Part shown: in pieces, positions 54,034-64,000 of the stretch
How positions within the stretch are numbered: the stretch's first letter is position 1
Layout of the letters: the number at the start of each line of letters is the position of its first letter
Assembly: GCA_009692665.1 (NCBI GenBank)
Contig: SHYT01000007.1
Coordinates: 32,054 to 96,053, forward strand
Length of the DNA stretch: 64,000 nt
Direction of reading: 5' to 3'
From: Dehalococcoidia bacterium
Lineage (GTDB): Bacteria > Chloroflexota > Dehalococcoidia > Lucifugimonadales > SHYT01
Program-made: the position numbers and the translations under genes
The notes under the pieces: model-generated
Databases searched by the model: none
The model's input: the letters and a program-made list of their open reading frames with translations, nothing else
Told to the model about the DNA's origin: nothing

Positions 54034-55368
54034 TCAGCTTTTAGGCTTTTGCCCTTGTCCAGATGACATGCCGCTGCCCACGGGCTGTGGCTCGTCAAAC
54101 TTCTCAAACGGGTTCTTGGGGTCGTAGCGGTATTTGCGAATGCTTGGCACGAACTGCCAGACCGCGACCACCACGAACAGACCGATGACGCCGCCTACCA
54201 CCAATGTGGCTCCCGCTCCGATGGCGCCAGCCATCAACCCGACCTCGACCTTGCCTAGAGCGTTGGCGCCCATTGCGGCAAATGAATGCGCGCTATTGCC
54301 ACGGCCAATGAGCTTGTCCGGCGTGGTGAGCTGCACGATGGACTGGCGCATAGTGGCGCTTACGCTGTCCAGGCCACCAAGGAGGGCGGCAAGCACAAGG
54401 CCAACAATGAAGATGGGGTTCAAGCCGAACCAGACTAAGAGCACCACGTAGAGGAACGTAGCGATGATAACTTGGAGTCCCTTGCGCGGCCCACGGCCCA
54501 TGGAGAGCACCGCGAGAGTGCCCCCGATGCTGCCGATAGCGTCCGCGGAGGTAAGCAGGCTTGTGCCAGCAGCGCCCATGCCGTACAGCTTGTCGGAGAA
54601 GACTGGGAACAGCTCTCGGTAAAAGGTAAAGATAACCACGCCGATGTCGAGCGCATACAGGCCTGGCAGCAGCCGATGGCCCTTGATGAACTGGAAGCCT
54701 TCTTTTAGCGAGGTGAAGGTATCTCGAAGGCTTCTGGGTGCTTCCGGCTTGCCAGACGCACGCATCAGAAATGGAATAATCATGCTGACCAATGCCAGAG
54801 CAGTCGCAATACCAAACGAAGCTGCCACGCCCAGCGTGGCATATGTCCCCCAGAACAACAACGGCGCGCCTACGCTAAACACCTGGCGTGTCACGATTTG
54901 CGCTGTGATGCCTTGGGACAGGAGTTCCCGCGGCAGTACGCGCGGAAGCATCGCCGGCCGAGCTGAGTTGCCCAGCAGATTCACGATGCCCACCGTGCCG
55001 GTAGCAAGAAAGATATGCCAAGGGCTAAGGGTCTTTGTGGCCGCTAGAAAGGTCATGCAAAGCAGCATGATAAACGACGCGGCTTGCGTCACCACCATGA
55101 GCCTCTTGCGGTCAAAGATGTCGGCTAGGATGCCTCCATACAGGACCAGCGGCATCTGTACAAGTTGCACCACGCCAAGGAGGCCAAGCTGCGCTGCGGA
55201 GCCGGTCGTGTCATACAGCCACTGGGCGCTCACCAGCGTCCACAGAGAGCCGCTGACGGCCATGAGCGCTCCGCCGGTCCAGAGCAGGGTAAAGTCTCTA
55301 TGTGTGAACAGCGACCAGACGGTGTACTTTTGAGGCGCCCGGGACTCGGAAGGGTCTTTTGTTTCCAT
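54034..55368 (-). CDS. MFS transporter
   Basis: 444 aa with about 12 TM segments. Confidence 0.85.
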   Translation of the reverse strand: METKDPSESRAPQKYTVWSLFTHRDFTLLWTGGALMAVSGSLWTLVSAQWLYDTTGSAAQLGLLGVVQLVQMPLVLYGGILADIFDRKRLMVVTQAASFIMLLCMTFLAATKTLSPWHIFLATGTVGIVNLLGNSARPAMLPRVLPRELLSQGITAQIVTRQVFSVGAPLLFWGTYATLGVAASFGIATALALVSMIIPFLMRASGKPEAPRSLRDTFTSLKEGFQFIKGHRLLPGLYALDIGVVIFTFYRELFPVFSDKLYGMGAAGTSLLTSADAIGSIGGTLAVLSMGRGPRKGLQVIIATFLYVVLLVWFGLNPIFIVGLVLAALLGGLDSVSATMRQSIVQLTTPDKLIGRGNSAHSFAAMGANALGKVEVGLMAGAIGAGATLVVGGVIGLFVVVAVWQFVPSIRKYRYDPKNPFEKFDEPQPVGSGMSSGQGQKPKS

Positions 55369-55419
55369 GCGCGTTATTGTATCCAGCTTGCAATCTTATG
55401 ACAAAGAGCACACGTAACG

Positions 55420-56190
55420 CTAAGGTTGTTTTGCTTGCACGAACGCCTGCACAATGCGCCCGAAATCCGGCGCCTTCAAGCTTGCGCCGCCGACGAGCGC
55501 CCCATGGACGGACGCCACTCGCGCAAAGCTGGCGGCGTTGTCCGCGGTGACGCTGCCGCCGTACAGCAGGGAGGTATCGTTGGACTGCGCTCCGTGCAGC
55601 TTGGCCAGCGTTTCCAGGATGACACCGCCCATCATCTCGGCAGCAATGGGGGGCGTGGCCGCTACGCCCGTACCAATGGCCCAAATAGGCTCGTACGCAA
55701 TGGTTATGTTCTGCAACGATGGCAGGCCTTCCAGGGCATGCTGGACCTGTGCGCGGATAACATCGGCAGCCTTGCCCGCGTTCCGCTGCTCCAGCGTCTC
55801 ACCACAACAGACGATGGGGCGCAGTCCGTGCCGGAGGGCCGCCAGAACTTTTTTGTTTACCGCGCTGTCGATCTCGCCAAAGACCTGGCGCCGCTCTGAA
55901 TGGCCAATGATGACCCATTGGCAGAAGTCCTTCAGCATCGTGGGTGATACGGCGCCGGTGAACGCGCCCTTCTCTTCATAAAAGACGTCTTGCGCGCCTA
56001 CCTGGATCAATGAACCGTCCAGGGCATGATTGACTGGGGCAAGGTACGGGAACGGCGGGCAGAGTATGACAGTAGTACCTGGCCCAGGTTTGGCGGATTC
56101 CAAGAGGGAACGTACCTCACTGGCTAGAGCTTGCCCTTCGCGTAAGGTAGTGTTCATCTTCCAGTTACCGGCAACGATAGTAGCTGGCAT
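55420..56190 (-). CDS. tpiA: Triosephosphate isomerase
   Basis: AGNWKMN, IIGHSERR, AYEPIWAIGTG. Confidence 0.95.
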   Translation of the reverse strand: MPATIVAGNWKMNTTLREGQALASEVRSLLESAKPGPGTTVILCPPFPYLAPVNHALDGSLIQVGAQDVFYEEKGAFTGAVSPTMLKDFCQWVIIGHSERRQVFGEIDSAVNKKVLAALRHGLRPIVCCGETLEQRNAGKAADVIRAQVQHALEGLPSLQNITIAYEPIWAIGTGVAATPPIAAEMMGGVILETLAKLHGAQSNDTSLLYGGSVTADNAASFARVASVHGALVGGASLKAPDFGRIVQAFVQAKQP

Positions 56191-56200
56191 GGTTAGGCCC

Positions 56201-58267
56201 TCACTCTCGCCTTCTCCCTTTGGGAGAAGAGATTGGTTTTAGCAGTGGCTTCCCAACAAGACCCTTCTTGACGATCCAGTCCGGCACCTTAGGCATTGCC
56301 CGCTGCACCAGGTCATCAATACCCATAATCTGGCTGATGCCCCAGCATATGTCAAAGAGGTGCGCGTTCCATTGGATGTCCTCTCTACACTCCAAATCTG
56401 CCTCTGGAGACAGAAAAGTAGTCAGGATGGGATTGGCCGTATGCGTGGCGCCATCATCCTCAATGTTGCCGTGGTCTGATGTTATGACTACAAAGTACCC
56501 CTGCGCCAGTGCCAGCGGTACGAGCGTCCCCAGACTTTTGTCCAGGGCGCTGTACGCGGCTACGGCTGCGTCAAACTTATCCGGCAGCAGATGGCCCACC
56601 ATATCGCAATTGGAGAAGTTGGCGGCCATCAGGTCGAACGAAGCGCGGTAGGCTTCGTTCGACAGGATGCCCACCAATTCAAAGTTTTTCATATGCGGCG
56701 TCTTATAGAAATCGTTGTCGCTCATGACGCCGGCTTCCGGGCCATAGGAAGGGATAATGCGGCGCGTCTCTTGCGCCAGATCCGTTGGTTCTTCCCGGCG
56801 TCCGCGGATGAAGTACCCCATATGAAGCGCTTTATTGCTCTCTGCGGTCAGCAGGTAATGAAAGTTGATCTCCTTTTTCTTTCCTAGCTCGCCGAGGATG
56901 GTCAAGAAGTTGTGCGGGTGAGGCAGTTCAGGGAACGCCACCGTTGCGCCGTACTTTTCAGCAAAAGCCGGGTGGTACTCAGCCAAGCAGCAAACGGGGA
57001 AGCGGGTGTTGGACAGCCAGTCGAATGTCCATGTCCGCTTTTTGCTCTGTGATTCCTTTTTCAGGAAGTCGCGTGCACCCAGGAGAGCGGCCACCTTGCC
57101 CCGCTGGCGGTCAGCGCGGAAGTTCAGGTCTATGAAGACGTCGCCTGCAGAGAGCGTGCGCGCATTGCCGCCATGCGCAACACAAATAGGCGGGATGTTG
57201 GAATCTACCAGGCCTTGCGCATGAAGCTGGCGGATGTGTTGCAGCACGCCATCGATGCCCTCAACCTTGGCGCCTTCAGCGCGGGTCATCAACAGATAGT
57301 CAGTGGCCGTGTTCTCTTCAACATAGTCGCGGTCCATTCCAATGCTGCGGCCAATGACCCACGCCAGCGATTGCTCTGCGTGGTATTTCTTCAGCAGGGC
57401 TTGCAGTTGCTGCAGGAACTGCCCCCTGCCGCTGGCTAGCTCAATAGATGACCTGGGCGCCGAGTCGCGGCCGTCAAGGATGGCTTCCATGACGACGCGG
57501 TCCGGAGAGAATTGCATACGGCCAAACACCAGTTCCAGAAACGCTTCCAAGTGGTTCCAGGCGCTGTGGACACGGCCATCGTCACCATGCCGGCCAGACA
57601 GCAGGAAACAGAAGCCGACTTTAGCGATTGGGCTGCGCTGCGCTATCGCGAGGGTGTCCAGCAGTGATTTGTTCTTGAAGAAGGAGCCGTCGTCAATGGC
57701 GCCGGTGATTTGCAACGCCACCTGCGGGGCGAGAGCCAGGTTACCGATTTGCTGGTGGCCTGTCTCCGAGTTCCCTTGCGCGGGCGGGTCCATATCTTCA
57801 AAGCCAACAGCCATCCCGCTGGCTTCTGTGGGAATGCTGAGGCCACGGTCACGCATCTCACCAAGGAAGTTGGTTTCAATCATCCAGGGTATGTAGCGTT
57901 GCTCCTTGGCTAGCTTTCGGGTGGCCTGCTTGATCACGGTAAGAGCGCCCTGATGTTTCATCTTTACGGGTCTCAAAGAGTCGCGCAGCGCTTGGAGCGC
58001 GCGCTTGGTCTGCTGCGCCTCACCAGCGGTTAGCGCCGGGCTGACGACGCTGGAGAGGATGGGGGATAGACTGGCGCGGGCGAGCGCTTCAGGAGACGTT
58101 TGCAAGTTGTGCACTTTCGCCAATGCGCTGGCGCGCGCGCGGAGGTGCTCTTGGACCTCGACGGGAAGCGCGGCCCAGACAGCAGATAGGATGTTTTGTT
58201 CAGACGCAGGATTGTAGCCAACCCCATCCAGGACACAGAGAAGGACTTTGTTCTTCGGAGCGATCAC
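56201..58267 (-). CDS. gpmI: 2,3-bisphosphoglycerate-independent phosphoglycerate mutase-like protein, unusually long
   Basis: CVLDGVG, GNSETGH (catalytic Ser context), LDGRDS, NCDMVGH, SDHGN. 688 aa, where canonical enzymes as I recall them are about 510. Confidence 0.65.
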   Translation of the reverse strand: MIAPKNKVLLCVLDGVGYNPASEQNILSAVWAALPVEVQEHLRARASALAKVHNLQTSPEALARASLSPILSSVVSPALTAGEAQQTKRALQALRDSLRPVKMKHQGALTVIKQATRKLAKEQRYIPWMIETNFLGEMRDRGLSIPTEASGMAVGFEDMDPPAQGNSETGHQQIGNLALAPQVALQITGAIDDGSFFKNKSLLDTLAIAQRSPIAKVGFCFLLSGRHGDDGRVHSAWNHLEAFLELVFGRMQFSPDRVVMEAILDGRDSAPRSSIELASGRGQFLQQLQALLKKYHAEQSLAWVIGRSIGMDRDYVEENTATDYLLMTRAEGAKVEGIDGVLQHIRQLHAQGLVDSNIPPICVAHGGNARTLSAGDVFIDLNFRADRQRGKVAALLGARDFLKKESQSKKRTWTFDWLSNTRFPVCCLAEYHPAFAEKYGATVAFPELPHPHNFLTILGELGKKKEINFHYLLTAESNKALHMGYFIRGRREEPTDLAQETRRIIPSYGPEAGVMSDNDFYKTPHMKNFELVGILSNEAYRASFDLMAANFSNCDMVGHLLPDKFDAAVAAYSALDKSLGTLVPLALAQGYFVVITSDHGNIEDDGATHTANPILTTFLSPEADLECREDIQWNAHLFDICWGISQIMGIDDLVQRAMPKVPDWIVKKGLVGKPLLKPISSPKGRRRE

Positions 58268-58356
58268 TGACCCAACCTTGTCAATCCATCCAGCATGGCT
58301 TTTATTCTCTCATGTTCCGCACGCTGGGCGTTACGACGCATAACTGGATGAATGCC

Positions 58357-59553
58357 TTATGCACGCTGCGGTTTCTTCAGCGCGGCCACGCCGGGAAGCG
58401 TCTCGCCGGCAAGGCATTCCAGGGTTGCGCCGCCGCCGGTGGAGACGTGGGTCATCTTGTCTTCCATGCCAAGAGACTCCACCACTTCCGCTGTGGATCC
58501 CCCGCCGACGATGGTGGTCACACCCTTCAACGAGGCCAGCGCGTCAACCAGCTCCCGCGTGCCTTTGGAAAACGCGGGCATCTCGAACACGCCCATGGGC
58601 CCGTTCCAAAACACCGTCTTTGCCTTCGCAATTTCCCGCTTGAAGGTCTTCAGCGTTTCAGGGCCGATGTCCAAAATCATCCACCCAACCGGGATCTGGT
58701 TGTCTGGAACCACCTTGTGCACAGCGGCTGCTTCAAATTTATCGGCGACCACAACGTCTGAGGGCAGGACGACGCGGACGCCACGCCTCTCTGCATCCTG
58801 CATCGCTTTGGCCGCAAATGCGATAGAGTCCTGTTCAATGAGCGACGCCCCGGTCTCCATGCCCCTAGCGCGGAGGAACGTGGCGGCCATGCCGCCACCG
58901 ATGAGCAGCACGTCTACCATGCCTAGCATGTTCTCCACCACGCCGACCTTGTCGCTGATCTTGGCTCCCCCCATGATGGCGACGAGGGGGTGGTGCGGGG
59001 CGGTGAGCACATGGTTCATCATCTCCAATTCTTTCTCTAAGAGGAGGCCGGCAACGGATGGAAGGAACTCGGTAACGCCGACCGTGGATGCGTGCGCGCG
59101 GTGAACTACGCCGAACGCGTCTTCAACAAATATATCTGCAAGAGCCGCAAGCTGGCGGGAGAACTCCGGGTCGTTCTTCTCGTCGCCGGGGTGGAAGCGC
59201 ACGTTCTCCAGCAGTAGCACCTGGCCTGGCTCCAGTTGCTGGACGGCGGCCTGCGCAGTAGGGCTAACACAATCGTCAGCGTAGGCTACTGGCTGGCCAA
59301 GCAGCTTCTCAAGCTCCACGCGGACGGGCCGCAAGCGCATTGACTCCACGACCTTCCCGCCAGGCCTGCCCAAGTGGGACAGCAGCATGACTTTGGCGCC
59401 ATGCTGCGTCAGATAGCGAATGGTAGGCAGGGATGCCTTGAGCCTGGCGAGGCTAGTAATGCGGCCGTCTTTCTCCATGGGAACGTTGAAGTCCACACGG
59501 AGCAGCACCCGCTTTCCATTGACGTTTATGTCACGGACCGTTTTTGTAGCCAC
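58357..59553 (-). CDS. pgk: Phosphoglycerate kinase
   Basis: RVDFNVP, and GGGMAATF / GGGATLE motifs. Confidence 0.95.
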   Translation of the reverse strand: MATKTVRDINVNGKRVLLRVDFNVPMEKDGRITSLARLKASLPTIRYLTQHGAKVMLLSHLGRPGGKVVESMRLRPVRVELEKLLGQPVAYADDCVSPTAQAAVQQLEPGQVLLLENVRFHPGDEKNDPEFSRQLAALADIFVEDAFGVVHRAHASTVGVTEFLPSVAGLLLEKELEMMNHVLTAPHHPLVAIMGGAKISDKVGVVENMLGMVDVLLIGGGMAATFLRARGMETGASLIEQDSIAFAAKAMQDAERRGVRVVLPSDVVVADKFEAAAVHKVVPDNQIPVGWMILDIGPETLKTFKREIAKAKTVFWNGPMGVFEMPAFSKGTRELVDALASLKGVTTIVGGGSTAEVVESLGMEDKMTHVSTGGGATLECLAGETLPGVAALKKPQRA

Positions 59554-59620
59554 GCATGTTCTCCTTGATCAGAGCTGGGATCATGAGCTGAAACCATGAG
59601 CCGCCAAAATTCCAGTGAGC

Positions 59621-60391
59621 TTAAGGTACAGGAATGGCTTCTTGAGCAAGCAGGAACTGGAATACCTCTTTCAGGTTTGCCATTGGGGTCGTGGGTAAGC
59701 CGGTATTTGCCAGGCTGGCCAGTGCTTCCTGGCCGTGCGAGTGGGCTTTTCGGGGGGTGCTGCCAGCCAATGCTTCGCCGAGCGTCCGTCCGGCCTCACG
59801 GAGGTTTGCAGCCTGCCGGTCCGGGACGCCCGCAATCACGGCGCCAAGCTCGAGCGCACAGCCAAAGAGTGCTCCTCCCATTGGAGAACCCCGTTTGTCT
59901 TGCCGTGTGGAGGCATCAAATTGTTCTTCAGCTGCGTCAACCAGTGCATGGTCCAGCCTGGTGAAGCATGTGAGTACCGCGTCTGCAGGAACGCCACGCT
60001 CCTCTAGCGAGGCGATTGATAACCGTGCAAGGGCATGGAGGCTGTCGCCGGCGTTGATAGCCTGCGCTTGGCCGCAAGTCAGGATTGCAGATGACGCGGA
60101 CGTCGTACCCTTGGCGTAGATGCCGCTGTGCAACTGGATATGCTGGGCGGCGAATTCAACAGCAGCGGCCGCAGGCAGCGCTCTCTCCTGCTTACCGCCG
60201 AGAGCATCGCATGTCATCAAACAGGCGACGCCGTGGCGCAGGCTCACCAAAGACGGAGCGCTCTTGGAGGGATACCAGCCAAAGTGGACGTCCAACATGC
60301 GGTACAGCGGCTGTGTGCGATGGCTAAGGACGTCCTGAAGGTGTTGCTTGAGCGCCGCCTCATACAGGTGAATAACGTGAGGCGGCCGCAT
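59621..60391 (-). CDS. Polyprenyl synthetase-like protein lacking both DDxxD motifs
   Basis: AAAAVEFAAQHIQLHSGIYAKG..AINAGDSLHALA aligns by eye to the first aspartate-rich region, but DD is replaced by SG. ATG at 60391 lies 1 nt after the rpiB stop. Confidence 0.4.
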   Translation of the reverse strand: MRPPHVIHLYEAALKQHLQDVLSHRTQPLYRMLDVHFGWYPSKSAPSLVSLRHGVACLMTCDALGGKQERALPAAAAVEFAAQHIQLHSGIYAKGTTSASSAILTCGQAQAINAGDSLHALARLSIASLEERGVPADAVLTCFTRLDHALVDAAEEQFDASTRQDKRGSPMGGALFGCALELGAVIAGVPDRQAANLREAGRTLGEALAGSTPRKAHSHGQEALASLANTGLPTTPMANLKEVFQFLLAQEAIPVP

Positions 60392-60392
60392 G

Positions 60393-60866
60393 TTATCGGA
60401 CCCTCTTAGCTTGTCGTTCCAGCCTCGCAATCTTTGCGACGCGGATGGCGTGTCGCTCGCCTCCCTTGGTGGCTCCGTCCCAGGAGGTTTCCAAAAAGGC
60501 CTTTACGAGCTCTTTGGCGGTGGCTTGTGATGTAGTCTCGCCGCCCATGCAGAGAATATTGGCGTTGTTGTGCTGCCGTGCTTGCTTGGCGTTTTGGACG
60601 TCGTAGCAGAGTGCCGCGCGCACGCCCTCCACCTTGTTGGCGGCAATGCTCATACCAATACCGTTGCTGCAAATCAGGATGCCGCGTTCAGTCTCCCCGT
60701 CGCTTACAGCTTCGGCAACATCCTTGGCGGTGTCAGGGTAGTCCACTGACTTGGTGCTTGTTGGGCCAAAGTCGCGGACCTCATAGCCGCTTTTGCGCAG
60801 AGCCTCGACCAGTGCGTTTTTCATGGCATAGCCGCGGTGATCTGCCCCAATGGCGATCTTTACCAT
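60393..60866 (-). CDS. rpiB: Ribose 5-phosphate isomerase B
   Basis: IAIGADHRGY and ILICSNGIGMSIAANK. Confidence 0.9.
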   Translation of the reverse strand: MVKIAIGADHRGYAMKNALVEALRKSGYEVRDFGPTSTKSVDYPDTAKDVAEAVSDGETERGILICSNGIGMSIAANKVEGVRAALCYDVQNAKQARQHNNANILCMGGETTSQATAKELVKAFLETSWDGATKGGERHAIRVAKIARLERQAKRVR

Positions 60867-60875
60867 TTCCCCTCG

Positions 60876-61526
60876 TTACCCTTGCACCGGACGGCCACAG
60901 GCATTCTGGATGGCGTCCTTTGAGGTGGCCCCGGCCCTCACTATTCTAGGTATCGGCCCGGTCAAGTCAAGGACTGTTGAACTACGTCCTTTTGGAGGAG
61001 GGCCGCCTTCAAGGATTAAGTCTACTGCGTCACCAAGCTGCGCACGTACCTCCGCCGCAGTCCTGGTCTCCGGGCCGCCTGACTTATTGGCGCTGGTCCC
61101 GGTGATAGGTGCACCCAGCCTGCGTGCAAGCTCGCGGGGGATGGGGTGGTCCGGCACACGTACGCCGACTTTCCAGCCGCGTCCAACGACAAGATCTGGC
61201 ACACGTGGTGCGCGGGCAACGAGGAGGGTCAGCCCGCCAGGCCAGAACCGCTCAGCGAGGACGTGGGCCAGCGGCGGCACATCTGCAGCTACGAGCGCCA
61301 GATCTGCCGCATCGGCAATGAGCAGCGGCAGCGCCATGCCGGAGGGGCGGCCTTTGACGTCGTAGATGCGCTGGATGGCATCTTCGTTAAAAGCGTGTGC
61401 ACCCAGGCCGTACAGGGTGTCCGTGGGATAGGCGACGATGCCGCCGTCACGCAAGATTGCGACTGCCTCTTCGATCTGCCGTTCAACGTCTGGAGAGAAG
61501 CCAGTTGGCCGTGCGGTGCTCATCAT
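60876..61526 (-). CDS. tsaC: L-threonylcarbamoyladenylate synthase (YrdC/TsaC family)
   Basis: GGIVAYPTDTLYGLG, KGRP..PL, SANKSG. Confidence 0.85.
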   Translation of the reverse strand: MMSTARPTGFSPDVERQIEEAVAILRDGGIVAYPTDTLYGLGAHAFNEDAIQRIYDVKGRPSGMALPLLIADAADLALVAADVPPLAHVLAERFWPGGLTLLVARAPRVPDLVVGRGWKVGVRVPDHPIPRELARRLGAPITGTSANKSGGPETRTAAEVRAQLGDAVDLILEGGPPPKGRSSTVLDLTGPIPRIVRAGATSKDAIQNACGRPVQG

Positions 61527-61750
61527 CTCCTTGTCTTATGAGGGGTTCTTGCCTAAAACTGGACTCTAGTATCTGCTCCGTAGCGTTCAGGCGCATGCGC
61601 AGCCCGGGATACTCGCCCTTTGCTGACCTGCCCCCCCGGCTCATGCATTTGCCTAAAATGCGCGTCATTGCCTTGTAAATGCCCTTGACCAACTATACCA
61701 TGAGTGGTAGCGTGATACTCAATGGACTACAAGCGGCGAGACGGGAGAAG

Positions 61751-63421
61751 ATGGCAGAAACGACGGCTCCTGGCAAAGGCAGGCGCGTTTCCACCAGCGG
61801 CGACGTAGAGGTCTCCAAATACCTGGAGACGGCTGAGAAAAAGGGCGAAGCGGTCCCGGATCCCACAGCGTTGCCTAAAAGCTCTGACGAAGCAATTGTC
61901 ATCGTAGATTTTGGCTCTCAGTATAGCCACCTGATTGCGCGCCGTGTCCGCGAGTGCCACGTCTACTGCGAGATTATTCCACACACCGCGCCACTGAGCG
62001 CATTCAGCCACCTCAATATTAAAGGCGTCATCCTTTCCGGCGGGCCATCCAGCGTCTATGACAAAGGCGCTCCAACCATCCACTCATCGATTCTTGAGGG
62101 GCGCGTGCCAACGTTGGGCATTTGCTATGGAATGCAGGCACTTGCGCACCAGCTTGGCGGCAAGGTGGCGCTGGGGCAGCATCGTGAGTACGGGCATGCG
62201 GTGCTGCATCAAAGCACAGCCAAGCACCCACTGTTCGACGGGCTGCCGTCGTCATTGCCCGTGTGGATGAGTCACGGCGACCTGGTCACGGAAGCGCCGT
62301 CCGGGTTCCGCAGTCTTGGGTACACGGAAAACTCGCCCATTGCAGTCATGGGCAACAGCAAGAACATTTTTGCGCTCCAGTTCCACCCGGAGGTAGCGCA
62401 CACACCGCTAGGCAAGCAGATTCTGGAAAACTTCCTATACAAGATTTGTGGCTGCCACGGCGCCTGGACAGCAGGCAACTTTGTTGAGGAAAGCATGCAG
62501 CGCATCCGTGAGCAGGTCGGCGATGGGCGCGTACTGTGCGCGCTGTCCGGCGGCGTGGATTCCACCGTGGTGGCGACGCTGATCCACAAGGCGATCGGAG
62601 ATCAGCTCACCTGCATCTTTGTGAATAATGGCCTCCTCCGCCGGGAGGAGCCGGAGCGCGTGCAGGACACGCTCAAGCGCCGGGCCGGACTGAACCTGTT
62701 GTACGTGGACGCGACTGAGGAATTTTTGAGCGGGCTCAAGGGCGTTACCGACCCAGAGCAGAAGCGCAAGATCATTGGCCGCATGTTTATTGATGTCTTT
62801 GAACGGCAGGCAACGCGCATTGGCAAGGTGGACTTCCTGGCGCAGGGCACACTCTACCCGGATGTTATTGAGAGCAAGACGAAGGAAAACACGACCTCCG
62901 TCACCATCAAGACACACCACAACGTAGGCGGACTGCCCGAGCACATGAACCTTAAGCTGATTGAGCCGTTGCGCTACCTGTTCAAGGACGAGGTTCGTGA
63001 GGTCGGTCTGGCGCTGGGCTTGCCGGAAGACGTGGTGTTCCGCCAGCCGTTCCCTGGGCCTGGCCTCGCCATCCGCATCATCGGCGAGGTAACAGCCGAC
63101 AGGCTGGACGCGCTGCGCGGGTGCGACTGGGTAGTTATGGATGAGATCAAAGCAGCGAACCTCTACCGCGAGCTCTGGCAAAGCTTTGCGGTGCTGACCA
63201 GCAGTCACAGCGTGGGAGTAATGGGCGATAACCGTACCTACGGCTACGTGGCTGCTGTGCGCGCCGTCACATCTGATGACGCGATGACGGCCGACTGGGC
63301 GCGCTTGCCTTACGACGTGCTCGCCAAAATATCCAGTCGCATCGTGAACGAAGTGCCACAGGTGAACCGCGTGGTGTACGACATCACGTCCAAGCCACCC
63401 GGCACGATTGAGTGGGAGTAG
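61751..63421 (+). CDS. guaA: GMP synthase (glutamine-hydrolysing)
   Basis: GATase GICYGMQ, PP-loop SGGVDS, C-terminal dimerisation domain ending ..PGTIEWE. ATG at 61751 follows GGGAG. Confidence 0.9.
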   Translation: MAETTAPGKGRRVSTSGDVEVSKYLETAEKKGEAVPDPTALPKSSDEAIVIVDFGSQYSHLIARRVRECHVYCEIIPHTAPLSAFSHLNIKGVILSGGPSSVYDKGAPTIHSSILEGRVPTLGICYGMQALAHQLGGKVALGQHREYGHAVLHQSTAKHPLFDGLPSSLPVWMSHGDLVTEAPSGFRSLGYTENSPIAVMGNSKNIFALQFHPEVAHTPLGKQILENFLYKICGCHGAWTAGNFVEESMQRIREQVGDGRVLCALSGGVDSTVVATLIHKAIGDQLTCIFVNNGLLRREEPERVQDTLKRRAGLNLLYVDATEEFLSGLKGVTDPEQKRKIIGRMFIDVFERQATRIGKVDFLAQGTLYPDVIESKTKENTTSVTIKTHHNVGGLPEHMNLKLIEPLRYLFKDEVREVGLALGLPEDVVFRQPFPGPGLAIRIIGEVTADRLDALRGCDWVVMDEIKAANLYRELWQSFAVLTSSHSVGVMGDNRTYGYVAAVRAVTSDDAMTADWARLPYDVLAKISSRIVNEVPQVNRVVYDITSKPPGTIEWE

Positions 63422-63540
63422 GCAGGCGACTTCGCCCGCCCTAACAGACTTCACTCCAGTCAGGCAGTGCCGCACCCTTTCCACGGGAATCAAGCGCGTG
63501 TCAAAGACTTCTCTCACCTGCCGTCCGTACCAATCCGTGC

Positions 63541-64000
63541 TCACGCTATCTTCACTTCGCTTTTCCCAAAATCGCGTACCGGCAGAGCTATCAACAGGAG
63601 AACCCCCGTAAGAGCAAGCCTGATGAGCGAGAATGTCACCAGCGAGAATGTCGGCCCTTGAGCATCGGTAAGTATGCCGACAGCGAACTGTCCGAAGGCA
63701 TTGAACTGCCCGACCATGAAGAAAAAGCTCAGCACGCGGCTTCGCATGCGGTCCGGCGCGCTGACTTGGAGCATCGTCTGTGCCGCCGCCTGGTAGCAAG
63801 GACCGGCGCCTCCGATTATTGACAACGCGATAAGACTCACCATGAAATTATGCGAGTATGCAAAGATGATCGACCCGAGGTCGAATTGAATGAGCACGAT
63901 TAGCATTACGATGCCCAGGCGCTTCACACGCTCAAAGAGCATTGGAATAATTAACGATGAGGTGAGTGCTCCAAATCCCCAGAACAGCCCCATAAGCCCA
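63541..64000 (-). CDS. MFS transporter, C-terminal part (gene continues beyond the window)
   Basis: Hydrophobic MFS-like segments. The ORF is open at the window edge. Confidence 0.6.
   Translation of the reverse strand, partial: GLMGLFWGFGALTSSLIIPMLFERVKRLGIVMLIVLIQFDLGSIIFAYSHNFMVSLIALSIIGGAGPCYQAAAQTMLQVSAPDRMRSRVLSFFFMVGQFNAFGQFAVGILTDAQGPTFSLVTFSLIRLALTGVLLLIALPVRDFGKSEVKIA

Noticed and set aside
1-64000. CRISPR arrays, transposases, integrases, prophage genes.
   Set aside because: No regularly spaced repeat array and no ORF with transposase, integrase or phage hallmark motifs was seen.

Overview
High-GC bacterial chromosomal segment. Most genes look above 60% G+C by eye. Gene content and the style of the intergenic repeats suggest a Chloroflexota-like organism, but that is inference only and no search was run. 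About 60 protein genes are present and most are housekeeping: ychF, hemW, smpB, citrate synthase, hflX, holA, def, cca, secDF, nfo, priA, rplS, ubiX/ubiA, dapF, miaA, crcB, a pgk / long iPGM-like / tpiA cluster, rpiB, tsaC and guaA. There are two tRNAs, Gln-CUG and Arg-UCG. I saw no rRNA, CRISPR array, transposase or integrase. Accessory content is a hicBA toxin-antitoxin pair, an orphan WapI-like immunity candidate, a low-GC islet (about 15900-17330) carrying a collagen-like membrane protein and a partial duplication, and a NurA-HerA locus at 34990-39663. In that locus each enzyme gene is translationally coupled by an ATGA overlap to an upstream protein I cannot place in any family. One of those partners sits in sharply lower-GC DNA. 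This locus is my best candidate for an undescribed system. A second theme is an unusual density of otherwise conserved genes with single lesions: in-frame TGA, TAA and TAG codons, frameshifts, one compensated double frameshift, a missing canonical start codon, and truncated remnants. All three stop codons also terminate normal genes here, so this looks like gene decay or sequence error rather than recoding. All family assignments rest on motifs recognised by eye, and start codons are often uncertain.
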